Source: a candidate division FCPU426 bacterium
Lineage (GTDB): Bacteria; Oederibacteriota; Muellerivitia; Muellerivitales; Muellerivitaceae
Reading direction: 5' to 3'
Assembly (NCBI GenBank): GCA_963847625.1
Contig: CAWKAR010000045.1
Location: forward strand, 96,001-160,000
Length of the DNA stretch: 64,000 nucleotides
In this document: in pieces, positions 28,303 to 38,011 of the stretch
Layout: each line of letters begins with the position of its first letter
Position numbering within the stretch: position 1 is the first letter of the stretch
Position numbers and translations under genes: made by a program
The notes under the pieces: model-generated
Seen by the model: the letters and a program-made list of their open reading frames with translations, nothing else
The model's database searches: none
Told to the model about the DNA's origin: nothing

Positions 28303-30648
28303 GTGACAAAAGCGAAAAAAATAAAAAAAGTCTCCATGAAAAAATTGGTAATAGTGGAGTCGCCTTCCAAGGCCAAGACCATCAACAAATATCTCGGGCC
28401 GGAATTTTTGGTTTTAGCTTCCAAGGGCCACCTGATTGACCTCCCGAAAAGTAAGTTGGGTGTTGATTTGGTTAATAATTTTGAACCTCTTTATATTCCT
28501 ATTCGGGGAAAGGCTCCTATCATTAATGAGCTTAAAAAAGCCTCCCAAAAGGCTTCCGTAGTCTATCTCGCCACGGACCCCGATCGGGAGGGGGAAGCCA
28601 TTGGCTGGCATATTAAGAATTTCCTTTCTGCATTGGCAATCACCCCGCCTATGTACCGCCTTCGTTTGAATGAAATAACGAAGCATGCCATTGAGGAGGC
28701 CATTAAAGAACCCAATGAAATGGATTTGAATATGGTCAATGCCCAACAGGCTCGAAGAGTTTTAGACCGCTTGGTGGGTTACGGCATTTCTCCCATACTT
28801 CAGCATACTATCCGAAGGGGGCTTTCCGCCGGCCGTGTCCAGTCTGTTGCCCTTCGGCTTATCTATGAACGGGAAAAGGAAATCGAGGGGTTTAAGCCGG
28901 TTGAGTATTGGAGCTTGGAAACCGACTTTTTGACAAGCGATGGAAGGATTATTCGAACCAAGCTTTCCAAGGTGAATGGGGAAAAGCCGGAGTTGAAAAC
29001 GCAGGAAGAAACCCTCAATTTGATCAAACGATTGGAGGGTGCTGATTTTAAGGTTTCAGCGGTTTTGCACCGTGAAAAATCCAAAAAACCACCCATGCCT
29101 TTCACGACATCCAAGCTTCAACAAGAAGCCTATAAAAGGCTTCATTTTGGCGCCCGTAAAACCATGTCCATCGCGCAAGGTTTGTATGAGGGGGTGGAAA
29201 TTGGGGAATCGGGGCCTGTGGGTCTTATCACCTATATGAGGACAGACTCCCGCAGAATTTCACCTGAATTTAAGGCGGAAACATCAAAGTATATCGTTGA
29301 AACCTACGGTGAAAAATATCAGGGCCCTGGGGACCGGGATACCTCCAGTAAAGGAAAGATCCAGGACGCCCATGAGGCTATTCGCCCGACGTCCATTTAT
29401 AGAAGCCCGGAAAAAATCAAGCAATTCTTGACCCCTGAACAGTTCAAGCTTTATCAACTGGTTTGGGAAGACTGTTTGGCGAGCCAGATGGCAAACGCGC
29501 TTTACCGGGAAACCACTATTGAAATAAGCGGCGGGGAGGCTCTTTTCCGGGCGACCGGCACCGAGACTCTTTTTGACGGGTTCACGAAAGTTTATGAGGA
29601 AGCCGCCGATGAGGATAAAAAGACAGAGAATTCGGAATCTGAGGAGACCGAAGAGGTAAATCCGAACAAGTTATCGGGAATTGAGGAAGAGCAGGATATG
29701 GAGTGGAAAGAACCCATTCCCGAACAGCATTTTACCCAGCCGCCTCCCCGCTTTACCGATGCCTCCATGGTTAAAACTTTGGAAGAATTGGGTATCGGTA
29801 GGCCCTCTACCTATGCCCCCACCCTTGAAACCATTCAAGCGCGTCATTATGTCAAAAAAGAGAGTGGAAGATTTTTCCTGGCAGAATTGGGGAACTTGGT
29901 ATTGGGACTTTTATTGAAAAATTTTCCGCAAATTCTTGATTATGAGTTCACCGCCAAAATGGAATCGGAATTGGATCTGGTGGAATCAGGCGAGCAGGAA
30001 TGGCGAAAAATCATCGGCGATTTTTACGAGCCATTTAAGGGTACGTTAGCCGAGGCTGAGAAATTAATGGGCGAGGAGAAATCAAAAATTGAGCAGGTGA
30101 CGGATATCCCCTGCGAAAAATGCGGAAATCCCATGATTGTGAAGTGGGGGCGGCATGGAAAATTCCTCGCTTGCTCAAAATACCCCGAGTGCCAATCCAC
30201 CAAAAGCTTGAAGGAGACCTCGGATGGTTCCATTCAAGTGGATACGGACGTGGTGACTAACGAGAAATGCCCGAAATGCGAAAGCCCCATGGTCGTCAAA
30301 ATGGGACGGTTCGGGAAGTTCTTGGCTTGCTCAAAATATCCCGAATGCAAGACGGCCAAACCCATCTCGTTGAATATCCCCTGCCCATTGGGCTGCGGAG
30401 GTGAAGTTGTTACCCGCCGTGCTTTTAGGGGGTCGGTCTTTTATGGCTGTAACCGATATCCGGAATGCCAATTCCGCTCTTGGAACAAACCGGTCAACCG
30501 TCCTTGCCCGCAATGTAATAACCCATTTCTGGTTGAAAAATATACTAAAACCCTGGGGCCCCATATTTCTTGCCCCAATAAAGAATGCGATTACAAGGAA
30601 TTACAAAAGACTGAGGAAGGACCCCCGGTACAAACACCTGTTTCTTAA
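28303..30648 (+). CDS. topA: DNA topoisomerase I with C-terminal zinc ribbons
   Basis: LVIVESPSKAKTI, LATDPDREGE, SAGRVQS, LITYMRTDS, QDAHEAIRP, GIGRPSTY, repeated CxxC...C ribbons. Confidence 0.98.
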   Translation: MTKAKKIKKVSMKKLVIVESPSKAKTINKYLGPEFLVLASKGHLIDLPKSKLGVDLVNNFEPLYIPIRGKAPIINELKKASQKASVVYLATDPDREGEAIGWHIKNFLSALAITPPMYRLRLNEITKHAIEEAIKEPNEMDLNMVNAQQARRVLDRLVGYGISPILQHTIRRGLSAGRVQSVALRLIYEREKEIEGFKPVEYWSLETDFLTSDGRIIRTKLSKVNGEKPELKTQEETLNLIKRLEGADFKVSAVLHREKSKKPPMPFTTSKLQQEAYKRLHFGARKTMSIAQGLYEGVEIGESGPVGLITYMRTDSRRISPEFKAETSKYIVETYGEKYQGPGDRDTSSKGKIQDAHEAIRPTSIYRSPEKIKQFLTPEQFKLYQLVWEDCLASQMANALYRETTIEISGGEALFRATGTETLFDGFTKVYEEAADEDKKTENSESEETEEVNPNKLSGIEEEQDMEWKEPIPEQHFTQPPPRFTDASMVKTLEELGIGRPSTYAPTLETIQARHYVKKESGRFFLAELGNLVLGLLLKNFPQILDYEFTAKMESELDLVESGEQEWRKIIGDFYEPFKGTLAEAEKLMGEEKSKIEQVTDIPCEKCGNPMIVKWGRHGKFLACSKYPECQSTKSLKETSDGSIQVDTDVVTNEKCPKCESPMVVKMGRFGKFLACSKYPECKTAKPISLNIPCPLGCGGEVVTRRAFRGSVFYGCNRYPECQFRSWNKPVNRPCPQCNNPFLVEKYTKTLGPHISCPNKECDYKELQKTEEGPPVQTPVS

Positions 30649-30800
30649 AAAGGAATCCAATAGATGGATCCAAAGAAAAATGTTTTAGAGCTGTTATTAC
30701 AACTTATAATTTCTGTGCGGTAAGAACAATTTGTTCTTGGTTTATTGAGTAATAGTGTCCCGAAACAATAGTTTTTTCATTTCTTGGCAAATCTCGAAAG

Positions 30801-31670
30801 GTGACAATGAAAGATTCCATTCGGAAAGCTCAAATACTGGTTGAGGCTTTTCCCTACATTCGCCAATGGTTCGGGGCCACAGTGGTCGTGAAATACGGCG
30901 GTAGCACGCGCGCGGGGACTGAGGAATTAAAAACAACGCTTCAGGACATCATTTTGATGAAATTCGTCGGGATGAGACCTGTGGTAGTCCATGGGGGCGG
31001 AAAGGACATCACACGGCTCACTGAAAAGCTGGGAATCCATTCCCAGTTCGTGGACGGCCTGCGGGTGACTGATTTACCAACGATGGAAGTGGTTGAAATG
31101 GTGCTCGGCGGAAAAATCAATAAAGAGTTGGTCAGCATGATCCACCATCTTGGCGGGCAAGCGGTTGGGCTATCGGGGAAAGACGGCGCAATGCTGGAGG
31201 CTTCCAGGATTACCTCGAAGACCGGGAAAGATATCGGCTTCGTGGGAAAAGTTTCAAAAGTGAACACGGCCATATTGGAGATCTTGGATAAAGAACAATT
31301 TATTCCCGTCATCGCGCCATTAGGATTGGGAAAAGACGGTAACACTTATAACATTAACGCGGATGAGGCCGCCGGTGCCATCGCGGGAGCTTTGAAAGCC
31401 GAAAAACTTGTTTTCCTGACGGATGTCCCCGGCATATGCAAGAAAAAGGAAAATCCAAAAAGTCTTCTTACTACTGTTAAAGCGAAGGATGTGGCGAAAT
31501 TAATAAAATCCGGGATTATCGTAGGGGGAATGATTCCTAAAGTGGAGGCTTGCCTTTTGGCCTTGAAGTCGGGGGTGAAGAAAACGCATATTATCAACGG
31601 AACGCTTTCACATGCTTTATTATTGGAAATTTTCACTCCCGAGGGTGTTGGAACCGAAATTATCCCGTAA
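30801..31670 (+). CDS. argB: Acetylglutamate kinase
   Basis: VVKYGG, VVHGGG, GLRVTD, GLSGKDG, NINAD, GGMIPKV, LLLEIFT-GVGT. Confidence 0.96.
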   Translation: MTMKDSIRKAQILVEAFPYIRQWFGATVVVKYGGSTRAGTEELKTTLQDIILMKFVGMRPVVVHGGGKDITRLTEKLGIHSQFVDGLRVTDLPTMEVVEMVLGGKINKELVSMIHHLGGQAVGLSGKDGAMLEASRITSKTGKDIGFVGKVSKVNTAILEILDKEQFIPVIAPLGLGKDGNTYNINADEAAGAIAGALKAEKLVFLTDVPGICKKKENPKSLLTTVKAKDVAKLIKSGIIVGGMIPKVEACLLALKSGVKKTHIINGTLSHALLLEIFTPEGVGTEIIP

Positions 31671-31732
31671 ACCGCATATATTCCTCATGACTCTTCAACA
31701 GCTTGATAGTTACCCGCCCTAAATTCTACCTA

Positions 31733-31774
31733 TGGTATAATCACAATTGCGACAAAATCCACAACAGGTTGAGG
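31733..31774 (+). promoter_or_regulatory. Extended -10 (TGGTATAAT) and a possible NrdR box (CCACAACAGGTTGAGG, 31759-31774) upstream of nrdR
   Basis: Perfect TGnTATAAT. The 16-mer resembles the NrdR-box palindrome and overlaps the RBS. Confidence 0.4.
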
Positions 31775-31782
31775 TTTAATCC

Positions 31783-32241
31783 ATGAAGTGCCCTTTCTGC
31801 GGACATCAAGAAGATAAAGTGATGGATTCAAGGCCCAGTAAAGGAGGATCGGCTATCCGCCGTCGGCGTGAATGCCTTAAATGTGAGAAACGCTTCACGA
31901 CCTACGAGCAAATCGAGGAAATCCTTCCCATGGTCGTCAAAAGAGACGGCCGCCGTGAGCCTTTTGACCGGTTGAAGATCGTCGCCGGAATCAGAAAGGC
32001 GGTCGAGAAACGGCCGGTGTCCTCGGAAAAAATCGAGGCCCTTGTCGATGATATTGAAACTAACCTTATGGAAAGAACCGCCAAGGAAATCAATTCCACG
32101 GAAGTCGGGGAAATGGTGATTCGAAGACTGCAAGACCTGGATGACGTGGCCTATGTCCGCTTTGCCAGCGTTTACCGCCAATTTAAGGATATCAACGCTT
32201 TCATGGACGAGGTCAAGAAACTCCTGGCGCGACGATCCTGA
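31783..32241 (+). CDS. nrdR: Transcriptional repressor NrdR
   Basis: MKCPFC...[18 protein letters not shown] zinc ribbon, ATP cone, [13 protein letters not shown]. Confidence 0.98.
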   Translation: MKCPFCGHQEDKVMDSRPSKGGSAIRRRRECLKCEKRFTTYEQIEEILPMVVKRDGRREPFDRLKIVAGIRKAVEKRPVSSEKIEALVDDIETNLMERTAKEINSTEVGEMVIRRLQDLDDVAYVRFASVYRQFKDINAFMDEVKKLLARRS

Positions 32242-32326
32242 TTCATTCCCGGCAAGAAAGCTTCCTTTTGTTGAAAGTCTTATTCCGTTGAAACCCACAT
32301 TTAAATCTAATTGAAAGGTTGAATCC

Positions 32327-33637
32327 ATGGCGAATGTTTTTCCATTTCGGGGACAGCGTTACCAGTCAAATTCCATTTCCAATTTGGGAAAGGTTTTAGC
32401 CCCGCCTTACGATGTGATAACACCCTCCCAGAAAAAAGAGCTCCAGTCCGCCAGCCCCTATAACGTCATCCGGCTCATTCTTGGAAACCCCAGCCATGAA
32501 ACCCACAAGAATTCCGATTATTCAGGCGCGGGAAAAACCTATTCCACCTGGAAAAAATCGGGCATCTTGAAACGGGATGGGGAACCATCCATTTATATCT
32601 ACCAACAGTCCTTTCTCATCAACAAGCGATTGTTCAAACGAACCGGATTTATCGGCTTGTCGAAATTGACCCCTTTCGGGCAAAAAAAAGGGGGCATCCT
32701 GGCTCACGAGCATACCTTGATCGGGCCCAAAGCCGACCGCTTGCGTCTCATGAAGGCCGCCCACGCGAATTTCAGTTGCGTCTTTTCCCTCTATCCGGAC
32801 AAAAACGGGGTCGGCAAGCTCCTTAAAAAAATGACAGCCCGTAAACCGGATACCAGCGTGGATTTTCCAAAGGGAGTGAATAACCGGGTCTGGAAAATTT
32901 CCGATGCCAAGTGGATTAACGAACTGCGGAAAAAAATCAAGAATCAAACTTTATTCATCGCCGATGGCCATCATAGGTATGAAACAGCGCTTAATTACCA
33001 AAGTTTTAGGTCCGGGGGCAGGAAGCATAAAATTGGGACTGAACCGTATGATTTCGTCATGATGATGTTCGTGTCTATGGAAGATCCTGGTTTGGTGATA
33101 TTGCCTACCCACCGGATGCTTCCAAAGAGTTTGGTGAAATCTCCCGCTTCACTGCTGAGTTATATTTCCTCCATAGGGGAAGTGACTCAATACAAGGGTA
33201 ACCTTAATGGCTTAGGCCCTTGGAATTGGATGAAAAGCTTGGGGAAAAAGAAAATCACCTTGGGGCTTTCCCTTGACGGGAAAAAACTTTATGCTATTCA
33301 ATTCGATGAAAAAGTACTCCATTCACCCTTGCTGAAGGATGCTTCCGCCGCGCAAAGGAAATTGGATGTTACCCTGCTTCACAGCTTGATCCTGGAGCCT
33401 TTTTATGGCATCACCCGCGAAAAAGTTGAACACGAATTATCTTTTACCAGTAAGGCGGACGAGGCGGTGGAACAGCTGAGGAAAAAGAAATTCGGGGCCG
33501 TGTTTTTCCTCAACCCGACCCGGATCGAGCAATTGAGAGAAGTGGCCATGAACAGGGAACGGATGCCGCAAAAATCCACTTATTTTTATCCCAAACTCGT
33601 CACAGGGCTAGTTTTTAATGATTTGGATTCGTTTTGA
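32327..33637 (+). CDS. DUF1015 family protein
   Basis: APPYDVI, HEHT, IADGHHRYETA, ILPTHR, MPQKSTYFYPK. Confidence 0.92.
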   Translation: MANVFPFRGQRYQSNSISNLGKVLAPPYDVITPSQKKELQSASPYNVIRLILGNPSHETHKNSDYSGAGKTYSTWKKSGILKRDGEPSIYIYQQSFLINKRLFKRTGFIGLSKLTPFGQKKGGILAHEHTLIGPKADRLRLMKAAHANFSCVFSLYPDKNGVGKLLKKMTARKPDTSVDFPKGVNNRVWKISDAKWINELRKKIKNQTLFIADGHHRYETALNYQSFRSGGRKHKIGTEPYDFVMMMFVSMEDPGLVILPTHRMLPKSLVKSPASLLSYISSIGEVTQYKGNLNGLGPWNWMKSLGKKKITLGLSLDGKKLYAIQFDEKVLHSPLLKDASAAQRKLDVTLLHSLILEPFYGITREKVEHELSFTSKADEAVEQLRKKKFGAVFFLNPTRIEQLREVAMNRERMPQKSTYFYPKLVTGLVFNDLDSF

Positions 33638-33673
33638 AAGGCTGCTGAATACGGCGTGGTTCGATTGTCCTAG

Positions 33674-33750
33674 CCTGTCCCCCGAAGTTGCTTGTCTATC
33701 GAAGTTGCCTGTCTACCAAAGCTTTAGCGAAGGTAGATAATGAAGGGGGA
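33674..33750. repeat. Nested REP-like palindromic units (~30-bp element inside a related copy)
   Basis: Three 17-bp left arms (CCTGTCCCCCGAAGTTG, CTTGTCTATCGAAGTTG, CCTGTCTACCAAAGCTT) followed by two 13-bp right arms (TAGCGAAGGTAGA, TAATGAAGGGGGA). Confidence 0.65.
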
Positions 33751-33806
33751 TTAACCCCGCCAGCATCAATCATTTTCCACTTCTTCTCCTTCTGAATTTA
33801 ATGACT

Positions 33807-34861
33807 GCCGAATTCACGGAGTAAGTGCAACACTTCGCCGGAAGACTTCCGCCGGAGTTTTAAAGCCCAAACATTTCCTGGGCCTGTTATTGAGCCATCT
33901 TTCTATGGTCCTGAATTCTTTGAAGGACACTTTAGCAAGATCAGTCTTTTTAGGCAAATGGCGGCGGACAAGACCGATAGTATTTTCCACCGTACCTTTT
34001 TCCCAACTGTGGAAAGGGGCGCAGAAAAAGGATTTTGTACCAAGCACGTGGTTGGTTTCCAAGTGGTTGGTGTTTTCGGTTCCGTTGTCATAGGTCAGAC
34101 TCAGGCGGGCGTCTTGAGGGAAGCGGCATAAAGCGCGGTTGAGGCTATGACTCATTTGGCGAGCGGTCTTTCGTTTGAGCTTTCCCAACTTGGAAAAACG
34201 GCTTTGACGCTCGACGAGAGCCCGCATAGCCACTTTACTCTGACGAGAGACCATGGTGTCGGTTTCCCAATGGCCGAATTGCTTGCGTTGATTGGCGATC
34301 TCGGAGCGCTTATCGATGGAAACACGGCCTGGGATATGGTTTTTGGCGTGCTTACGGCTATGGCCAAATGAGAATCGTCGCCGGTGGTGTCGAACTAGGC
34401 AAGGAATCAGCTCAGTGGCTTCAGCATAAACCCACTGATAGATAGCTTCAGGACCAATGGTTTGCTTAGGCCGTAGGTGACCTAATCGACCTGAAATGAG
34501 TTCTGGAGACCAGCCTCGTTTCAATTGACGACGGACGTAGGCACGAATTCGTTTTGTTTTCAGGCGTAAACGGCGTGCTCGTTGTTGGTTGCGGTCAACA
34601 TACCGTTGATGGGCTCGATGAGAAAGATAATAACCAGAACGGATAGGGGGAGCATTGCGCTTGAGTTCCCTGGAGAGGGTGGAAGGAGACCTCTTCAAGG
34701 CGCGTGAAATTGCTCGAAGGCTAAGACCCTTTCCTTTCAAGACGGATAAATGATCTCTTTCTTCAACGCTTAAATGCTTGTATTTCTTTTTCATAGCCGC
34801 ATATCCTATTCATGCGGCCTTCTTCAGACACTAAGTGTTGCACTTACTTATGGAACTCGGG
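33807..34861 (-). mobile_element. Complete IS30-family insertion sequence
   Basis: Terminal inverted repeats CCGAATTCACGGAGTAAGTGCAACACTT vs CCGAGTTCCATAAGTAAGTGCAACACTT (23/28). ACT direct repeat on both flanks (33804-33806, 34862-34864). Ends uncertain by 1 bp. Confidence 0.88.
33814..34794 (-). CDS. IS30-family transposase
   Basis: YKHLSVEER...RSPSTLSRELKRN HTH, WSPELI, DDE motifs GHWETDT, TYDNGTE, WEKGTVEN, LNNRPRKCLGFKTP. Confidence 0.96.
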   Translation of the reverse strand: MKKKYKHLSVEERDHLSVLKGKGLSLRAISRALKRSPSTLSRELKRNAPPIRSGYYLSHRAHQRYVDRNQQRARRLRLKTKRIRAYVRRQLKRGWSPELISGRLGHLRPKQTIGPEAIYQWVYAEATELIPCLVRHHRRRFSFGHSRKHAKNHIPGRVSIDKRSEIANQRKQFGHWETDTMVSRQSKVAMRALVERQSRFSKLGKLKRKTARQMSHSLNRALCRFPQDARLSLTYDNGTENTNHLETNHVLGTKSFFCAPFHSWEKGTVENTIGLVRRHLPKKTDLAKVSFKEFRTIERWLNNRPRKCLGFKTPAEVFRRSVALTP

Positions 34862-35846
34862 ACTTATAATTTTAATGATTCCAAGAATTCGCTTGTGATG
34901 GGATTTATGCCGAAAAATCAATTTATAAATTATTGGTTGTTTTATATGGCTGTTATTTTTTTACTGATTTTAGAATTATCAGGATATTTCCCTTTTTATT
35001 CATATCTTGTGAGATATCCAACTGATTGGTTTTTTAATCTTTTCGGACGTTGGCCTTGTTGCTTTATGAACATAGTTTCTATTTTGTTCGGTCTTATATT
35101 CCCGTTTCTATTGGTTATTCTTTTATGGCGGATGTTTATAAATCGTAAAATTTTAAGTCTGATTGTTATGATGGGAACAGTTTTAACAGGCGTCATTGGT
35201 ATTTTAATCTATTTTTTGTTATTTGAATTTTCCAATTGGAAGGGCCATATATTTTGGCTACTTGTTCTGGGTCTTTATTTGTTTTTGTATTTAATTGTCA
35301 TAAAGATGGATGAGAAATTTAAATATATAAAATTTTGGCTTGGCACATTAGGTTTATATGTTTTTCCTTTAATAACTGGTTATGCGGTTTATATTTTAGC
35401 TGTTTCTCCAAGATTCGGTATTAACCCTTTTTTTTCTCCAACTCGAATAAGCCTGACATTTTTAACTCCGATATCAGGCATTCCTTTTTATTTCATTGTA
35501 AAAAAATATATAAATTCAAAAAAATTATTGATTTACTTTTCGGCCACGAGTTTATTGTTCTTGGCGGGCATCTTTTTAATGGGGGCTTTAATAACTGAAT
35601 TTTTTCCGTATCAGGTTTGTATTTTTCCCGGGTCTGAACATGTGGATAAGGCAAAGCTGAATGTTTACTCTTATCAAGGTAAAGTACCAATAAATAAGGC
35701 TAATGCTATTTTAATCGCTCAAAATAAGATTATTCGACTTGGGTATCAATATGATCCGAAGTGTTTGAAAGCGGAACTAATGACCTTTCCCCCGAAAACT
35801 GATCCAAAAATATGTTAGTTTTGGATTATAGATCGGGAGGGGAAAG

Positions 35847-36182
35847 ATGGCAAAGAAACGGTTTTTATCTGAGCAGATAGTGGCTATTCTCCGCGAGGCG
35901 GAGAAAGCTCCCGCCGTTGAGGAAGTTCTCCGAAAGCATGGCATTTCCGAGCAGACTTACTACCGCTGGAAACGCATGTACGGAAGCCTTGGAGTTTCCG
36001 AAGTCCACCGCATCAAACAGCTGGAAGAAGAAAACCGGAAACTCAAGCAGTTAGCGGGTGATCAGGCCCTGGCTATTCAGGTTCTCCAAGAGCACATAAA
36101 AAAAAGGGGTATTGATCGAGGAGCAAAAAGGCATGGTGGAAGCCCTGAAGGCTCAGGAAGTACCGGAAAGACGAGCCTGTGA
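35847..36182 (+). CDS. IS3-family transposase OrfA (HTH)
   Basis: RFLSEQIVAILRE...RKHGISEQTYYRWK...LEEENRKLKQL. Confidence 0.92.
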   Translation: MAKKRFLSEQIVAILREAEKAPAVEEVLRKHGISEQTYYRWKRMYGSLGVSEVHRIKQLEEENRKLKQLAGDQALAIQVLQEHIKKRGIDRGAKRHGGSPEGSGSTGKTSL

Positions 36183-36942
36183 TGTTCTTGGGGTAAATCG
36201 ATCGAGTTTTCGATATGAGGCCCAGCCAGAAGATCCGTTGAACCAGGTGATCCTGCAGGAAATGGTTAAGTTAGCGCAAAGAAACCGACGTTTCGGAAGC
36301 CCTCGGATGTTGTGGATGTTGGAACGCAGAGGCCTTGATGTGAATCACAAGCGGGTGGAGAGGCTCTACCAGGTAGCAGGGCTTCAATTACCGCGCAGGA
36401 GACCCAGGAAGAAGAGGGTTCCGACGGAATGGAGAAGGCCCCACCCGGCTTTGGGTTCCAACGAGGTGTGGACGATGGACTTCGTGCATGACCTGACATG
36501 GTTCGGGGGAAAGGTGAAGTTTTTGACGGTGTTGGATGAAGGATTTAGGGAATGCTTGGAGATCCGGGCGGAGAAGCGAATGAGAAGCCGGGACGTGCTG
36601 GAGACGCTGGACGAGTTGATGACGGAGTACGGGACACCAAAGTGCCTGCGGGTGGACAACGGGCCAGAGTTCGTGGCGAAAGAACTGAGGAACTGGCTTG
36701 AGGAGAAGGGCGTAGAGGTGCTATATATCGAACCAGGGAGTCCATGGCAGAATGGATTCATCGAAAGTTTCAACGGAAAGTTTAGGGATGAGTGCCTGAA
36801 CCAAGAAATTTTTCTTTCAAAAGCGGAGGCCCAGGTAGTCGTGGATTGGTGGAGGCAGGTGTATAACTGGCAGAGACCGCACAGCAGTTTGGGGGGAAAA
36901 ACCCCAATGGAAGCAAAGGCCGAAAAGTTGGGCCTTAACTAA
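36112..36942 (+). CDS. IS3-family transposase OrfB (DDE), probably expressed as an OrfAB fusion
   Basis: VNHKRVERLY, WTMDFVHD, RVDNGPEF, PGSPWQNGFIESFNGKFRDECLN, YNWQRPHSSLG. Confidence 0.93.
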   Translation: MIEEQKGMVEALKAQEVPERRACDVLGVNRSSFRYEAQPEDPLNQVILQEMVKLAQRNRRFGSPRMLWMLERRGLDVNHKRVERLYQVAGLQLPRRRPRKKRVPTEWRRPHPALGSNEVWTMDFVHDLTWFGGKVKFLTVLDEGFRECLEIRAEKRMRSRDVLETLDELMTEYGTPKCLRVDNGPEFVAKELRNWLEEKGVEVLYIEPGSPWQNGFIESFNGKFRDECLNQEIFLSKAEAQVVVDWWRQVYNWQRPHSSLGGKTPMEAKAEKLGLN

Positions 36943-37462
36943 CTTAAATTTGGATCAAACATTGGGGGAAGGTCACTAATAGGGGATAAATATTTTCATA
37001 TCTATTTAAATATTTTGAATAATAAATTTGATGGTATCGCATTTTGGATTCTGAAAAAATCAGGGGAAATAACTATGGCATCATCATATCATTTACAAAA
37101 AGAATGCATATTTTATGATCAATATCATTAGAAAATAAAAACGCTCGTTTTTTTTGAAGAAATAAAGTTCTAACTTTCGACCAATGTAGGCCGCCACACT
37201 TTGCTATAGGCCCCCAGTCTTTAAATTTAAATCTAAAAATCTTCGCTTTGTCCTTACCCTCCTGCATAAAACGACACTATAGCCCCGAATGAACTAAACT
37301 TACCCCGAGTCGGGGCAAATCGGATAGAAAACACGACAAAAATAACAAAGTTAGTCCCGATTCGTGACAAGATTGACTAAAACCCCGACTCATAACGCTA
37401 GGTTTGTCCGGCCGCCGGACAAAATGCCACTCGGAAACCCGAATATTCGGACAGAGGAATTC

Positions 37463-37760
37463 TGGCTTACTGTCCTTACTGTCTTGCTGGTTTACCGCCT
37501 CAAATTACGGGTTTACAGGCTTACCGGCCTTAAATTAATGGCTTACCGGCTTGCAGGCTTACCGACTTTGAGGCTTACCGACTTACTGGCTTTCCAACTT
37601 ACCGGCGTTAAAATAACGGCTTACCGGCTTACTGGCTTGTAGGCTTACCGGCCTTAAATTAACGGCTTACCGCCCAACTTACCGCCTCACCGCCCTGATT
37701 TACCGCCTTACCTGCTTACCGCCCGACTTACCGCCTTACTGATTTACCGGTTTACTGCCT
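37463..37760. repeat. Repeat block A: degenerate tandem octamer, consensus about GGCTTACC, roughly 30 units
   Basis: TTAC core recurring mostly every 8 bp. Higher-order 22-bp exact duplicate AGGCTTACCGGCCTTAAATTAA at 37517 and 37641. Confidence 0.9.
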
Positions 37761-37804
37761 ATAGGGGGGCGTACCCCTAGTAGGAAGATCCTCTAGACAT
37801 TGGC

Positions 37805-37884
37805 CGGGAGTTCTGTAGGCATGGGTCGGGGTCCTGTAGGCATGAGTCGGGGTCCTGTAGGCACGGGCCGCGGGTCCTGTGGGT
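37805..37884. repeat. Repeat block B: four ~21-bp tandem units (GGGTCCTGTAGGCATGRGTCG)
   Basis: CTGT(A/G)GG core at 37813, 37834, 37855, 37877 (periods 21, 21, 22). Confidence 0.9.
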
Positions 37885-37895
37885 AGGGGCTGCAT

Positions 37896-38004
37896 CCCTG
37901 TCGGAAGCCCTGTCGGAAGGGCCGGGCCCCCTGTCGGAATCCCTGTCGGAAGGCTGGGCCCCTGTCGGAATCCCTGTCGGAAAGGGGCGGGTCTCCCGTC
38001 GGAA
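37896..38004. repeat. Repeat block C: CCCTGTCGGAA, six exact copies in three pairs plus one degenerate copy
   Basis: Copies at 37896, 37908, 37929, 37941, 37960, 37972; degenerate copy at 37994. Confidence 0.92.
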
Positions 38005-38011
38005 AAGATCC

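Larger units (their letters stand above)
35781..36975 (+). mobile_element. Complete IS3-family (IS407-like) insertion sequence
   Basis: Ends TG...CA. IRL TGACCTTTCCCCCGAAAACTGATCCAAAAATATGTTAGTT vs IRR (reverse complement) TGACCTTCCCCCAATGTTTGATCCAAATTTAAGTTAGTT. 4-bp target duplication CTAA (35777-35780, 36976-36979). Confidence 0.93.
34898..37131 (+). pseudogene. AT-rich multi-pass membrane protein gene interrupted by the IS3-family element
   Basis: The frame runs to ...KCLKAEL at the CTAA target. Removing the IS and one CTAA restores IGDKYFHIYLNILNNKFDGIAFWILKKSGEITMASSYHLQKECIFYDQYH*, stop TAG at 37129-37131. The track start (34835) lies inside the IS30 repeat; ATG 34898 or 34907 is more likely. 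Confidence 0.75.

Noticed and set aside
30100..30360. DNA-level repeat within topA (GCTTGCTCAAAATA twice)
   Set aside because: Explained by the ordinary tandem zinc-ribbon domains of TopA.
34838..34870. Hybrid promoter from the IS30 end (TTGCAC) and flanking TATAAT
   Set aside because: The spacer is 21 bp, too long for a sigma70 promoter.
37388..37450. Integron attC site starting near CATAAC
   Set aside because: No complementary GTTRRRY box closes the stem, and no integron integrase is present.
37364..37642. 92-aa ORF with AYRLTGL repeats
   Set aside because: It is the translation of the octamer repeat; no RBS or family resemblance.
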